64,000 nt of DNA from Antedon mediterranea (lineage: Eukaryota > Animalia > Echinodermata). Shown here piece by piece: positions 11,901-24,200 of this stretch. The stretch covers positions 22,864,795 through 22,928,794 of the forward strand of contig NC_092670.1 of the NCBI RefSeq assembly GCF_964355755.1, written 5' to 3'. Position numbers and translations under genes: made by a program. The notes beneath the pieces were generated by a model that was not told the origin of the DNA, did no database searches, and worked only from the letters and a program-made list of their open reading frames with translations. The number at the start of each line of letters is the position of its first letter. Positions within the stretch are counted from its first letter, which is position 1.

Positions 11901-14900
11901 GGCTGGATACAAGACCATGGTATGCAGGACATTGCACACTTTCTTGGCCTAATATCAACTACTGCTGATCTTCTGGCAACTCCTAAGCTACAACTAATGC
12001 AGGTAAACCTTGATCTTCTAGCAACCCCTAAGCTACAACCATGGAGGAAAAAATAAATTTATTTTTTCCTCCATATGCTACAACTAATGTAGGTAAACCT
12101 TGATCTTCTGGCAACCCCTAAGCTACACCTATTGCAGGTAAACCTTGATCTTCTGGCAACCCCTAAGCTACAACTAATGCAGGTAAACCTTGATCTTCTG
12201 GCAACCCCTAAGCTACAACTAATGCAGGTAAACCTTGATCTTCTGGCAATCCATAAGCTACACCTAATGCAGGTAAACCTTGATCTTCTGGCAACCCCTA
12301 AGCTACAACTAATGCAGGTAAATCTTGATCTTCTGGCAACCCCTAAGCTACACCTAATGCAGGTAAACCTTGATCTTCTGGCAACCCCTAAGCTACAACT
12401 AATGCAGGTAAACCTTGATCTTCTGCCAACCCCTAAGCTACACCTAATGCAGGTAAACCTTGATCTTCTGCCAACCCCTAAGCTACAACTAATGCAGGTA
12501 AACCTTGATCTTCTGCCAACCCCTAAGCTACAACTAATGCAGGTAAACCTTGATCTTCTGGCAATCCCTAAGCTACACCTAATGCAGGTAAACCTTGATT
12601 TTCTGGCAATCCCTAAGCTACACCTAATGCAGGTAAACCTTGATCTTCTGGCAACCCCTAAGCTACAACTAATGCAGGTAACCCTTGATCTTCTGGCAAC
12701 CCCTAAGCTACACCTAATGCAGGTAAACCTTGATCTTCTGGCAATCCCTAAGCTACAACTAATGCAGGTAAACCTTGATCTTCTGGCAATCCCATAAGCT
12801 ACAACTAATGCAGGTAAACCTTGATCTTCTGGCAACCCCTAAGCTACAACTAATGCAGGTAAACCTTGATCTTCTGGCAATCCCTAAGCTACACCTAATG
12901 CAGGTAAACCTTGATCTTCTGGCAACCCCTAAGCTACAACTAATGCAGGTAAACCTTGATCTTTTGGCAACCCCTAAGCTACAACTAATGCAGTAAACCA
13001 TTGATAAACCTGTTTAGACAGGTTCCATCAATAGCATATAAATAGTTGTTTGTAATCAATATACAGTAAAACTCTTATTAGAGGGACAAGTTTGGAACCT
13101 AATAAAGTGTCCCCACAATAAGCGTTGACTGTAGTGTTTAAATAATACTGTATATTTCCTCTTGTTCAATTCATGGTAAAGTGTCCCATTAATGGTGGTG
13201 GTACTATCTTCTGAATAGAGCTGTCCTAAAAGAGTGGTTCTACTGTTAAGCTCTGTCTACACTATCAAACTAGTTTGACAAAAAAAGTGTGATGTGCCCA
13301 AATATGGTAGTAATATGACATCATCACGTCCATATATGGGCACATCACACTTTTTTTGTCAAACTAGTTTGATAGTGTAGACAGAGCTTAATAAATGATA
13401 ATAATAATGTGGTTATTGCACATCTTTTTTTTATTTAATTATTTAGTTACAATTTCTATGTGGAGAACTTACTGTACACACTTAATATATATTATATTTT
13501 GTTAGGCAACGTGGAGTTCTTTACGACGTGACTTCCCTCGTTTGAACACAGCCCAGATGCAACATATCCTGAGTGAATATCAACTTGGTTCAAGTAAGAC
13601 CAGCCCTAAGGGTTGGTACCCTCCACCAGAACAGGTTGAAGATGCTCTTAAAACAGGTACAGTATTAGTATACTCCTTAAATAATGATATATTATATTAA
13701 TAGTTATTGTATTCAGCTCACAGTTCTATACTGCAGTAGGTTGTGGAGTAGCATTTGGCAAGTTGAGGTTAAAATGTGATCTTTTATTTTTTAACACAAT
13801 TTGTAGCTCCACAAATGTTAAGCTCTGTATACTGTACACTATCAAACTAGTAGTGATATACCAAAAATATGGTAGTGCATAGAGTAAACTCCATGGGTAG
13901 TGATATGACATCATCATATCCATACTGTATATGGGCACATCACAGTGTTTGATAGTGTTGACAAGAGCTTTTGTTCTTTTCTACCATCAAAATTTTTAAA
14001 CTTTACCCCATACTTTTTTCAACTGAGCATGAAAAGATACTAAATATTATTAGGACTCAAACATATGTTACTACTTGTTGCATGACTAAATCACAAACTC
14101 CGTTGATTGTTAATCATTGTAAATTAATTTTGAAAATTGAAGGTCTGACGTTGTAGCCCTTTATAACTGTGAAAATAAACATCATCAGTTGGTAAACAAG
14201 TCAATTTTAATTAAATTTCTAATAATAATTTGGCAGGCAAACATTTATTGCTTCTAAATTAACATCATTTTAATTGGGTTCATTGACTTAATTAAGTAGA
14301 AGACAACATGTTGCACAAAATCACTCCAATTCAAGGAAATTTAATATAGATAGAGTTGGATAGCCGAGTGGTTAGGACACTTGACTGTCGTACAGATAGA
14401 CCCGGGTTCAATGCCCGACAACTCCCAGTTCACTCAGCTGTAAAATGAGTACCTGGTTGAAAATACTAGGGAGAAAAAAGGCGGCGTGGAAAGGAACTGG
14501 CCACCCTACCACATAATGCCGAGGCTTAGTACAATGAGCTCCTAACAGCTCATTTCCCTACGTTCAGAGAACACGGGACTCATCTTTACCTTACTATAAT
14601 AATAAAACAGTTGTCATGATGATATATTATGATATAAAGTTTGATAGTGTAAACAGAGCTTGATAAATGATAATTTACAATTTATAAGTTAAGAATTGTA
14701 TACACTAAAGCCTAATATATATGTATTTCAAGGAAAAACAGTTAATATTGGCAAAATAAATGTTTCTTAGATAGTCAGTGTGATTTCATTTTAAAAAGAG
14801 ACTTTAAAGAAACTCTTTTATTATGGCAGAAATGAAAATAGGAACTTCTGATATCTATTAATTATTAAATTTGAAGACAGCTCTCCTGGATGCGCCCCTG

Positions 14901-17900
14901 GTTGTTATAGCGTAAATAATTGGACATTGATTATTGCCATTGCAAACATTTACAACTGCGAAAATAGAACACTCAATTTTAATTCACTTGCTAACAGTAT
15001 TTGGACATGCAAACATTTATAGCTGCTAAATTAACATCATCCTGCTGCTAAATGATTTAATAAAGTTCATTAAATTGTTTAAGTAGAAGCCAAACTGGCT
15101 CTAATCAAAGTTACTGAGGTTTTACCGCAAGACGCCATATAAGCCTGAATTATTCAGATTTTAACGATATCTTGCATGATAGATGTTGTTATAGCCTAAA
15201 TAATTTAACGTTATTTATTGACTTAATTTAATGTCATTACCAAACTAGTTTCTACTATTCATTCAGCTGTCAATATAACATATTTTTTGTCACAAACAAT
15301 TTTTCATTCCAATTTCTATTCTGTTGAGGCTCAGCCAAATGCTATTATAACCTAATTATTTTCTCTTAATTTAAAGTTATTTTATTGACATCCAAAAACC
15401 TGTTTCTAATATTTAGACTTTGGTTATCACCTGTCTATTAGGTTAGGCCTACATATCGTAAGCGCTACTATACATTATCAACTTTTGTTTCCATATGAAA
15501 TGTTGTTTTCCCAGTGATTTTGTGTCCGTCATACAAATCTTTTGTGTTCTCTGCAACACCTGCCTATAATAAGAAGCTTTTCATTCGTTAATTTCTGTTT
15601 TAATAATAAACTACAAATGTAAACAAAGGATTATTTCTTCTTATTGTTAGAGCGCCGGATATTTTTACTCACACACACATACGCCGGTTTATATTCATGT
15701 ACTGAAACCAGGCCAGTTCAAAAATGTAATTTTACCATTGCGTTGATTATGCAAAGAAATCTATAATTTGTGAATTGTTTGAGTGACCTTTGATTATGGT
15801 AATACCTCAGTTAATTAAACTTTATCCATTACAAATCAACATTAAAATGATGATGAATCGTTGTGTACATATATTACATTTTTTTCAAGCCCAATTAATT
15901 TTTGTTAATGAATAGAAGTGTTGTTACTATGTACATTTCTAACAAATCGTTGGAACTATGAGTGATATTGAAGGAAATGACACTATTATATGGCAGTAGA
16001 ATGTATAAAGAACACGTACTGTATCCAGAAGATGTGCTCAAGGCAATACAGTGATGTTACAATTGCTGTATTTGTGTTCAATAAAATATATTTCTCCATA
16101 GTAATATAACCTATAATAAAGTACCATAGGTAAATTGAATTATGAACTACTTTTTGATGTCTATTAATATTATATGTTTGCGCTCCTCCGTTGAAAAAAA
16201 TCCTGGGTCTTCTGCCGTAAATATTTAGTTTATAAAAATATGTGATATCATATGTTTAGACTAAGATAAGATAAAACTTTATTTTCATGACCACAACAAG
16301 GATGCTAAATTACACACACTATACAGAAAACATAAGACTTAACAGTAATATATATCAATACAATATATAAGCACATTAGGCAATGAACATTAATTCGAAA
16401 CCGCCCGGTGATATACTGAAATTTAATTAATTAATTTGAAACGATAAAGATGAGGAAATCTGTGAGAATGAGAATAAAGACTAAAATTAGAGAACGTACA
16501 TGGTTGCAAGAGGGATAAAAAAATAAACTATCTTTTTTTTAACCATATTTAATGAGGGTGATCCATCCAGCAATTGCTGATCATTAGGAACCCTCGGAGG
16601 TTCACAAGACAAACATATACACAAGATGCTCTTCATAAACAATAAACAAAGTCTTATTACAATTCTTTGGGAGTGGAGTTGTAATTTTGTCTTTAGAAAA
16701 AATCCTGACAGGACTTCAACCCAGGACCCTTGGAGCGGTAGCCAAGCATCATAACCGTTTTAAATCACTTGTTAAGATTCATTTAAGTGAATTGTTACCG
16801 GTGATCTAGGGTGGTTGCAGTTAAAATAATTAAAAATGGTATAAAAGTTATAATTAATAATGAGAACATGCTTTGAAGTTTAGTTTTAGTTTAAGTTTAG
16901 TTTAAGTTGTTTTAAAATTATGTTTAAATATGCCGTAGGGCCACTCGGAAGAGCAGTTTTATTTTATTACTGAGAGGGCTACCCTACTGAAAGAAAACGA
17001 AATAAAAAAAAATAAAATAACCACCAGGCCACAACTCCACTCCATTGAAATGTTGAATTGCGATGGACAGACCAGGGAGTTGTAAAATATTTTACAACTC
17101 CCTGGACAGACTAAGATATTTCACATGAATATGATGATAATAAAATATCATGTGATTGAATAATTTTGAGACACATTGTATAATCAGTGACAAGAGGAAG
17201 AGAATGTCGCTTGTTGAATGCAACAAACAGAAAATTGCTGCCAAGGGCTACAATGTTCTGTAGGAAATGCCTGTGACATCTGCCACCTTGTCCATTCTTT
17301 CTGATGTAGTAGAACGCTGGTAATTTGTCATTGAACACTTTCATGTCTCCTTAAAAATAAATTGTCTAGTGCATTTATAGAATATGGATGTAATTTACTT
17401 ATAGAAAATATGAACACGCAATTTATAAAATATATTATGTGCACAATATTCACTTAATGAGCTTGCAGAATCGTACATAATTAGTGTTTTTATTTTATAA
17501 TTTCAGATGAAATTCTTGAAGGTTTCAATAATCATCCTCCATTGGTACTGCCCTCTAGTGGGTATGTTCTTGAGTTGAGAAAACAAGTAACAAACACAGC
17601 ATTCTACAGTCAACTGCAAGCTTTAAGTAGTGCTTTCCCCTCCATCACCATAGAAACAGGTACTGGGTATATTCAGTGTTATTATAACCATGGGGAATGT
17701 TATTGCCCACTATGAATAGGAATTGTGCCAGGTGTGAGAACAAACCTAAAGTAGAAGACCTGATCAGACAATTTTCTTTAATCTCATTGGTTGTCATGGG
17801 CAGGACGTTAAATCAATTTTTACCATATACTGTATTTGAGTTATTGAATTCTATGGAATCTGGAAATTTTTATATTTATTGTAGTTTTTTATATAATTGA

Positions 17901-19688
17901 ATTTTTATGATAAGTATTTTTGTACTGATTGTATTGTCGGGGTCCTCCATGATCAGCTTGAAACATGGTTCAAACAAATGCACATATGCAAGAAAAAAAT
18001 CACTAATAAAAAATATTTATCTTTTGACAGGTAATCCAGAACTTGCAGCTCCATCCTCATCAACGACGGAAGAGAAAGAAACAAATGAAAAAATAAGAAA
18101 CAGACAATCATCGTTATTGAAACGCCAAGAGAAAATGGATGCTAATGACTTGACGAATCGCTCGGTTGAAAGCGACCAATCAGATACCAACAATACTGAA
18201 TTGGTTGAAAGTACAACCGTTAAACAGTCCCGTCAAAGTGATTCCTATCTTCCAGAAAATAGACCACTTCAAGTTGACAGTGTAGCAAACATTTCCCATT
18301 CAAGAAAAAAGCAAGATTTGCGAAATGGTAACGTACAAACAAATGGCAGTTTAGTAGCTGCACAAATGCGTAGAATGGAAGAGTCCGACAAGAGAACTCA
18401 AGTTCAGAAGATCCGGAATGAAAGCGCAGAAACTAAGAGACGTTTGAGTTATCGTAATGCAATGGGCCAAAAGGACAGTGAAGACGGCTTATCTGTAAAC
18501 AGAGATAATGTAGTGAAGGATGATGGGAAAAGAAGTGGTGAGGATGGACTATCTACAACTACCAAGCAAAGTGTCGATTCTGCGGTACAGGACACCCCCA
18601 GAGTTGATGTGACACCACCAAATTGGGATAAATCAATTCCATTATTGGAAGGAAAATCTAGCGTGATTCCGCCTCCTCCAGGTTGGACGTCAAGCATGGA
18701 GAAAAAGAACATAAATGACCTGGCCAATAACAATAAGTTGGATGGTCAAGGATCATTCAAAGAATCATCTAAAAAGCCAACAATAGAAAGTTCATTAGGT
18801 ATGGTAACATTTTTATGCTAGGTCAAAGTTCAAAAGTCGGCTTCCGCATCTTTACTGTTATTTTCAAAAGTTATATTTTTGTTGTGTAACTTTTCCCCAC
18901 TGCTCCCCATATCTTAACGCCAATTTTTAATGAATGGGAAAACCTTTCAAGACTTCATATTGACAATTCAAACAACTATAATCTTCTATATTTCTGTTGT
19001 GCTTTTATTTACACAATTTCATGATTTTGTAGTCAATATAAATATTTCTTCTTTCTTTAGAACCTGAAACAAAAGAGAATTGCACTTCAACAGAGAGTGA
19101 TCTTGATGACGTGTTTGTTGTGGATCTTGAAAAAGACTCTGGAGGAATTGGCCTAGGACTAATAGATGGCATGGTAGGGCTTTGTTAGTTTATACAATTT
19201 TATTATTATATTTTCTCTAAACATTGTATCATATCATGCCATAAATACTGCGCATTATTTGAATGACCAATGTTAGCTTGCAGTTAATTTTTAACTTAAT
19301 TTTTTTTCCAGTTTACTGCGTTACGTGCACCTGGAATCTATGTAAGAACGCTGTTAGCAGATGGGCCAGCAGCTGAAGATGGTCGTCTTCGAATGGGAGA
19401 TAGAATATTAGCTGTGAATGGAACTAGTTTGGTTGGAGCTGACTATCAAAAGTATAGTGCTATATTATAGTATACAAATAATGTTGTTAATGACCGTTAT
19501 ACAGTATTTGGAGCCAATTATTATTAATAATACAAGTTTTCAATGGCTAGAATATTACAGTAATATTCTATTGTTGTTTCTTTTACAGTGCAATGCAGTT
19601 AATCCGAAGTTCAGGTGTGAAAATGCGATTCCTGATTGCACGTTCTGACAAAAATGTCGCTATAAAGATTTCAAACTCTAGCTGCTGA
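4143..19688 (+). CDS. RADIL: Ras-associating and dilute domain-containing protein (RADIL-like); 11 coding exons, ~1295 aa
   Basis: Exons 4063(ATG 4143)-5906, 9230-9267, 9359-9608, 11098-11338, 11833-12002, 13506-13656, 17507-17659, 18031-18798, 19061-19173, 19312-19451, 19589-19688; all GT-AG with matching phases. Motifs: RA (PGIIKVFGDEISSGATYKSVLAS...LLLQGFWKPCEGCFRRFEIR), FHA-like (VTIIGK...DILL...HCRI...VNG...GDLVGIGSSYLFIFKNP), DIL (WMSNSLELL, FQQTVYYLTK, QLFAYLLFF, KGVQMRGNLD), PDZ (GIGLGLIDGM...GDRILAVNG). The start codon is uncertain; the frame stays open to the 4063 acceptor. Confidence 0.9.
6555..8035 (+). mobile_element. Non-autonomous Helentron/HINE-like element
   Basis: Subterminal IRs (aattaggttatgcat / atgcatataacctataatt; tcagaatcttta / taaagattctga), 5' (TTTA)n tract, 3' hairpin followed by CTAGTT. 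Confidence 0.45.
9230..9267 (+). CDS. RADIL: RADIL 38-nt exon (LKTKTLASSQSE)
   Basis: ttcag acceptor, AA|gtaagt donor; phase 0-2 bridges the neighbouring exons. Confidence 0.75.
9359..9608 (+). CDS. RADIL: RADIL exon, DIL region
   Basis: PELQPIIIWMSNSLELL...FQQTVYYLTK|gt. Confidence 0.88.
11098..11338 (+). CDS. RADIL: RADIL exon, DIL domain
   Basis: TLYISLPLILDSSPF...KQLFAYLLFFTNASLFNMLMER; ag/gt flanks. Confidence 0.88.
11833..12002 (+). CDS. RADIL: RADIL exon, DIL domain (3' end is the seed of the 45-bp array)
   Basis: FKWSKGVQMRGNLDHIEGW...DLLATPKLQLMQ|gtaaac. Confidence 0.88.
11966..12999 (+). repeat. 45-bp tandem array of an exon/intron junction (~23 periods)
   Basis: Unit tgatcttctggcaacccctaagctacaactaatgcag|gtaaacct. 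Confidence 0.97.
12040..12077. mobile_element. Palindromic micro-insertion with 7-bp TSD (P-superfamily-like footprint)
   Basis: Perfect 34-bp palindrome 12041-12074; ctacaac duplicated at 12033-12039 and 12078-12084. Confidence 0.55.
13063..13246. mobile_element. Tc1/mariner-type MITE (CAGTAAAAC...GTTCTACTG, gggacac/gtgtccc motifs)
   Basis: Related degenerate copies at ~3213-3370, 8908-9068, 10705-10990. Confidence 0.55.
13249..13388. mobile_element. MITE, AGCTCTGTCTACACTATCAAAC family
   Basis: Long TIRs, TA-containing flanks; other copies or fragments at ~13821-13969, 14637-14660, 35033-35159, 37109-37235, 38972-39094, 39905-40000, 41793-41918, 43974-44133, 48984-49134, 62239-62286. Confidence 0.85.
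13506..13656 (+). CDS. RADIL: RADIL exon, end of DIL domain
   Basis: ATWSSLRRDFPRLNTAQMQHILSEYQLG...WYPPP. Confidence 0.88.
14353..14595 (+). mobile_element. tRNA-derived SINE
   Basis: A box tagccgagtgg, B box gggttcaatgccc, core ttcactcagctgtaaaatgagtacctg, tail tttaccttac. Confidence 0.75.
16757..17016 (+). mobile_element. 5'-truncated LINE-like 3' end nested in a reverse SINE
   Basis: ataacc TSD (16751-16756, 17017-17022), A-rich tail; host SINE resembles the uninterrupted copy at ~41630-41768. Confidence 0.5.
17073..17104. mobile_element. Perfect 32-bp palindrome with 7-bp TSD (P-superfamily-like footprint)
   Basis: gacagac-CAGGGAGTTGTAAAATATTTTACAACTCCCTG-gacagac. Confidence 0.6.
17507..17659 (+). 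CDS. RADIL: RADIL exon
   Basis: DEILEGFNNHPPLVLP; phase 1-1. Confidence 0.85.
18031..18798 (+). CDS. RADIL: RADIL exon, low-complexity linker
   Basis: Lies within the 304-aa ORF; S/T/D/K-rich with PPPP; phase 1-1. Confidence 0.8.
19061..19688 (+). CDS. RADIL: RADIL PDZ-domain exons (19061-19173, 19312-19451, 19589-19688)
   Basis: VFVVDLEKDSGGIGLGLIDGM|FTALRAPGIYVRTLLADGPAAEDGRLRMGDRILAVNG...|AMQLIRSSG...ISNSSC*. Confidence 0.88.
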
Positions 19689-21219
19689 ATACCGTGTGAT
19701 ATAATCCCTCCCCCTAGAACACTAAATTGTGGAGCAGCAACTGAGGATGGGTCTATACCTGGGGAAACCTTGGTTCTGGAAAAAATAATTGTAAGCATTT
19801 CTTTTAAAAACTCATTTGACCTGGCTTGGGAAAACATAAATCCAGACCTAAGGTCAATACTGGGACTATACCCGATGATATGCCTGTTTGTGAAGTCAGA
19901 CATAAAGTAGGGGGTAGGATTAGAAATGAAGTGGGATTATGACCGAGGATATACGGTTATTAATGATACCTAAATTCAGCATCTGCAACTCAAACTAAAT
20001 AAAAACCAGGTATTATTTTAATATATAAAACTTATCAATTTTACAAAAAGAGTATTTTTAATTTTATAAATATACTGTATAATATCCAATGCTGAAGTTT
20101 AGGCTAAACATCTAATTTAAGCTAAATTCGGACACAAGATAAATTATATTGTTAATGCAATATAATCCTACCATGGGACTATACTCGATTATACACGGTA
20201 CTACTAGTTATGTTTGTAAAACAGATTTTAAATTGTCTTTTATAAATGCATGTAAATATAATATAAATTCTATTAGCCATATTCACAAATCACACTAAAG
20301 TAAGATATTTTTATAATAACAATACGAATTTCACTTTAAAGTGGTGTTCACTTTGATAGAAAAAGTTTTAAATATTCAGATTGTTTTTTTACTTAGGATA
20401 TATACATCCACAAGGGTGAATATTATGCCCAGTTGTACTGAGTACACTTTTGGTACATGAAATGAGTACAGTTTACAAAATACAATCATATTCATGACAT
20501 TACAAATTGTAAATGAAAGCTTATAATAAGATAATACAGCAAATTTCTGAGTGCATTATAGTATTAAATGAAGGCTTAGTAAAAACGCTACTGAATAATA
20601 TACAATTAATAATTATATCAATACAATCTACATACAGGCCATCGAATTTAAAGATTGTAATTATTTGTTTAAAATCAGATAAATGTAGTAAGTCACAAGC
20701 TTCCCGAAATAGCAGTTTTAATGGAAATGTTGAAAGCCATATTATTTGTCTTAATATATATTTATTTCTGGAGTTGTAAATAATACGTTTTATTTACTAT
20801 TTAATGAAAATACTATTGCTAGTTTTTTTATTTGCAAAAATCTTTATACAAAAGAATTAAAACTAAATGTTTGCCGTTACTGTAAAATAGCTACTCATTT
20901 CCCTGACAACATTTAATAAAAATTACACATAAACAGTAAATATGTTTTATGACATAACTGGTTACTTTATCATAACTAACATGTGCAGAATCAAATATAA
21001 TTTGTTCTGCGCATTTTACCTCAACATATTTTAATAAGTAGACATTTTGGCGATTTTTCAAAAAAGTCCCTGTACAGGGGAAAATGACCAATTTTTATTT
21101 TTGAAATTTTTTTTAAATGACCAAATTTCGACCCTTAACTGGTTACTATGACTCTATAAGATGTTGATAATGCAATATATGTGCATATATAAAAGTCGAT
21201 ATTTTGGCCATTTTTAATA

Positions 21220-24200
21220 AACAATGCGCAGATACGAATAATGGGTTCTGCGCATGTCAATTGTGCTATAGTAACCAGTTTTATCGAAAAATAAAAAGGT
21301 CGAAAATTTGCCATTTTTTGGAAAAAATATCCCTGTACTATAGTACAAGGAAATTTGCGAAAAATGACCGATTTTCGACCCTTTTATTTTTTGACATAAA
21401 TGGTTACTATTGCATAATAAACATGCTCAGAGGCGAATAATGGGTTCTGCGCATGTCAATTGTGCTATAATAACCAGTTTTATCGAAAAATAAAAAGGTC
21501 GAAAATTTGCCATTTTTTGGAAAAAATCCCTGTACTATAGTACAAGGAAATTTGCGAAAAATGGCCGATTTTCGACCCTTTTATTTTTTGACATAAATGG
21601 TTACTATTGCATAATAAACATGCTCAGAGGCGAATAATGGGTTCTGCGCATGTCAATTGTGCTATAATAACCAGTTTTATCGAAAAATAAAAAGGTCGAA
21701 AATTTGCCATTTTTTGAAAAATCCCTGTACTATATATAGTACAGGGAAATTTTTGAAAAATGGCCGATTTGGGACCCTTTTATTTTTTTACATAAATGGT
21801 TACTATAGCATAATAAACATGCGCAGAGACGAATAATGGGTTCTGCGCATGTCAATTGTGCTATGTTAACCAGTTTTGACATAAATTTTTACTATTGCAT
21901 AATAAATATGCGCAGATACGAATAATGGCTTCTGCGCATGTCAATTGTGCTATGTTAACCAGTTGACATAAATTGTTACTATTGCATAAAAAACATGCGC
22001 AAAGACGAATAATTGGTTCTGCGCATGTCAATTGTACTATAGTAACCAGTTTTATCTAAAAATAAAAAAGTCGAAAATTAGCCATTTTTTGGAAAAAAAT
22101 CCCTGTACTATTATAGTACAAGGAAATTTGCGAAAAATGGCCGATTTTCGACCCTTTTATTTTTTGACATAAATGGTTGCTATTGCATAATAAACATGCT
22201 CAGAGGCGAATAATGGGTTCTGCGCATATCAATTGTGCTATAATAACCAGTTTTATCGAAAAATAAAAGATCGAAAATTTGCCATTTTGTGAAAAATCCC
22301 TGTACTATATATAGTACAGGGAAATTTTTGAAAAATGGCCGATTTTGGACCCTTTTATTTTTTTACATAAATGGTTACTATAGCATAAAAAAACATGCGC
22401 AGAGTCGAATAATGGGTTCTGCGCATGTCAATTGTGCTATGTTAAGTAGTTTTGACATAAATGGTTACTATAGTATAATAAACATGCGCAGAGGAGAATA
22501 ATGGGTTCTGCGCATGTCAATTGTGCTATAGTAACCAGTTTTGTCGAAAAATAAAAAGGTCGAAAATTTGCCTTTTTTTGGAAAAAAAATCCCTGTACTA
22601 TAGTACAAGAAAATTTGCGAAAAATGGCCGATTTTCGACCCTTTTATTTTTTGACATAAATGGTTACTATTGCATAATAAACATGCTCAGAGGCGAATAA
22701 TGGGTTCTGCGCATGTCAATTGTGCTATAGTAACCAGTTTTGACATAAATGATAACTATTGCATAATAAACATGCGCAGAAGCGAATAATTTGTTCTGCG
22801 CATGTCAATTGTGCTATAGTAACCAGTTTTGTCGAAAAATAAAAAGGTCGAAAAATTGCCATTTTTTGGAAAAAAATCCCTGTATTGTAGTACAAGGAAA
22901 TTTGCGAAAAATGGCCGATTTTCGACCCTTTTATTTTTTGACATAAATGGTTACTATAGCATAAACAACATGCGCAAAGACGAATAATGGGTTCTGCGCA
23001 TGTCAATTGTGCTATGTTAACCAGTTTTGACATAAATTGTTACTATTGCATAATAAACATGCGCAGATACGAATAATGGGTTCTGCGCATGTCGATTGTG
23101 CTATGTTAAGCAGTTTTGACATAAATTGTTACTATTGCATAATAAACATGCGCAGATACGAATAATGGGTTCTGCGCATGTCAATTGTGCTATAGTAACC
23201 AGTTTGATCTAAAAATAAAAAAGTCGAAAATTAGCCATTTTTTAAAAAAAATCCCTGTACTATAGTACAGGGAATTTTCGAAAAATGGCCGATTTTCGAC
23301 CCTTTTATTTCTTGACATAAATGGTTACTATAGCATAAAAAACATGCTCAGAGGCGAATAATGGGTTCTGCGCATGTCAATTGTGCTATAGTAACCAGTT
23401 TTGACATAAATGGTAACTATTGCATAATAAACATGCGCAGAAGCGAATAATTTGTTCTGTGCATGTCAATTGTGCTATAGTAACCAGTTTTGTCGAAAAA
23501 TAAAAAGGTCGAAAAATTGCCATTTTTTGGAAAAAAATCCCTGTACTGTAGTACAAGGAAATTTGCGAAAAATGGCCGATTTTCGACCCTTTTATTTTTT
23601 GACATAAATGGTTACTATAGCATAAAAAACATGCGCAAAGACGAATAATGGGTTCTGCGCATGTCAATTGTGCTATGTTAACCAGTTTTGACATAAATTG
23701 TTACTATTGCATAATAAACATGCGCAGATACGAATAATGGGTTCTGCGCATGTCAATTGTGCTATGTTAAGCAGTTTTGACATAAATTGTTACTATTGCA
23801 TAATAAACATGCGCAGATACGAATAATGGGTTGGTTCTGCGCATGTCAATTGTGCTATAGTAACCAGTTTGATCTAAAAATAAAAAAGTCGAAAATTAGC
23901 CATTTTTTTGAAAAAATCCCTGTACTATAGTACAGGGAATTTTCGAAAAATGGCCGATTTTCGACCCTTTTATTTCTTGACATAAATGGTTACTATAGCA
24001 TAAAAAACATGCACAGAGGGGAATAATGGGTTCTGCGCATGTTAATTGTGCTATAGTAACCAGTTTTGACATAAATGGTTACTATTGCATAATAAACATG
24101 CGCAGAGGCGAATAATTGGTTCTGCGCATGCCAATTGTGCTATAGTAACCAGTTTTATCGAAAAATAAAGAGGTCGAAAATTTGCCATTTTTTGGAAAAA

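Noticed and set aside
12059-13001. Long ORFs on both strands of the 45-bp array
   Set aside because: By-products of a stop-free 15-codon unit; no independent gene signals.
14353-14425. Functional tRNA genes (also ~42270, ~46142)
   Set aside because: A/B boxes present but cloverleaf degenerate and followed by SINE-type bodies.
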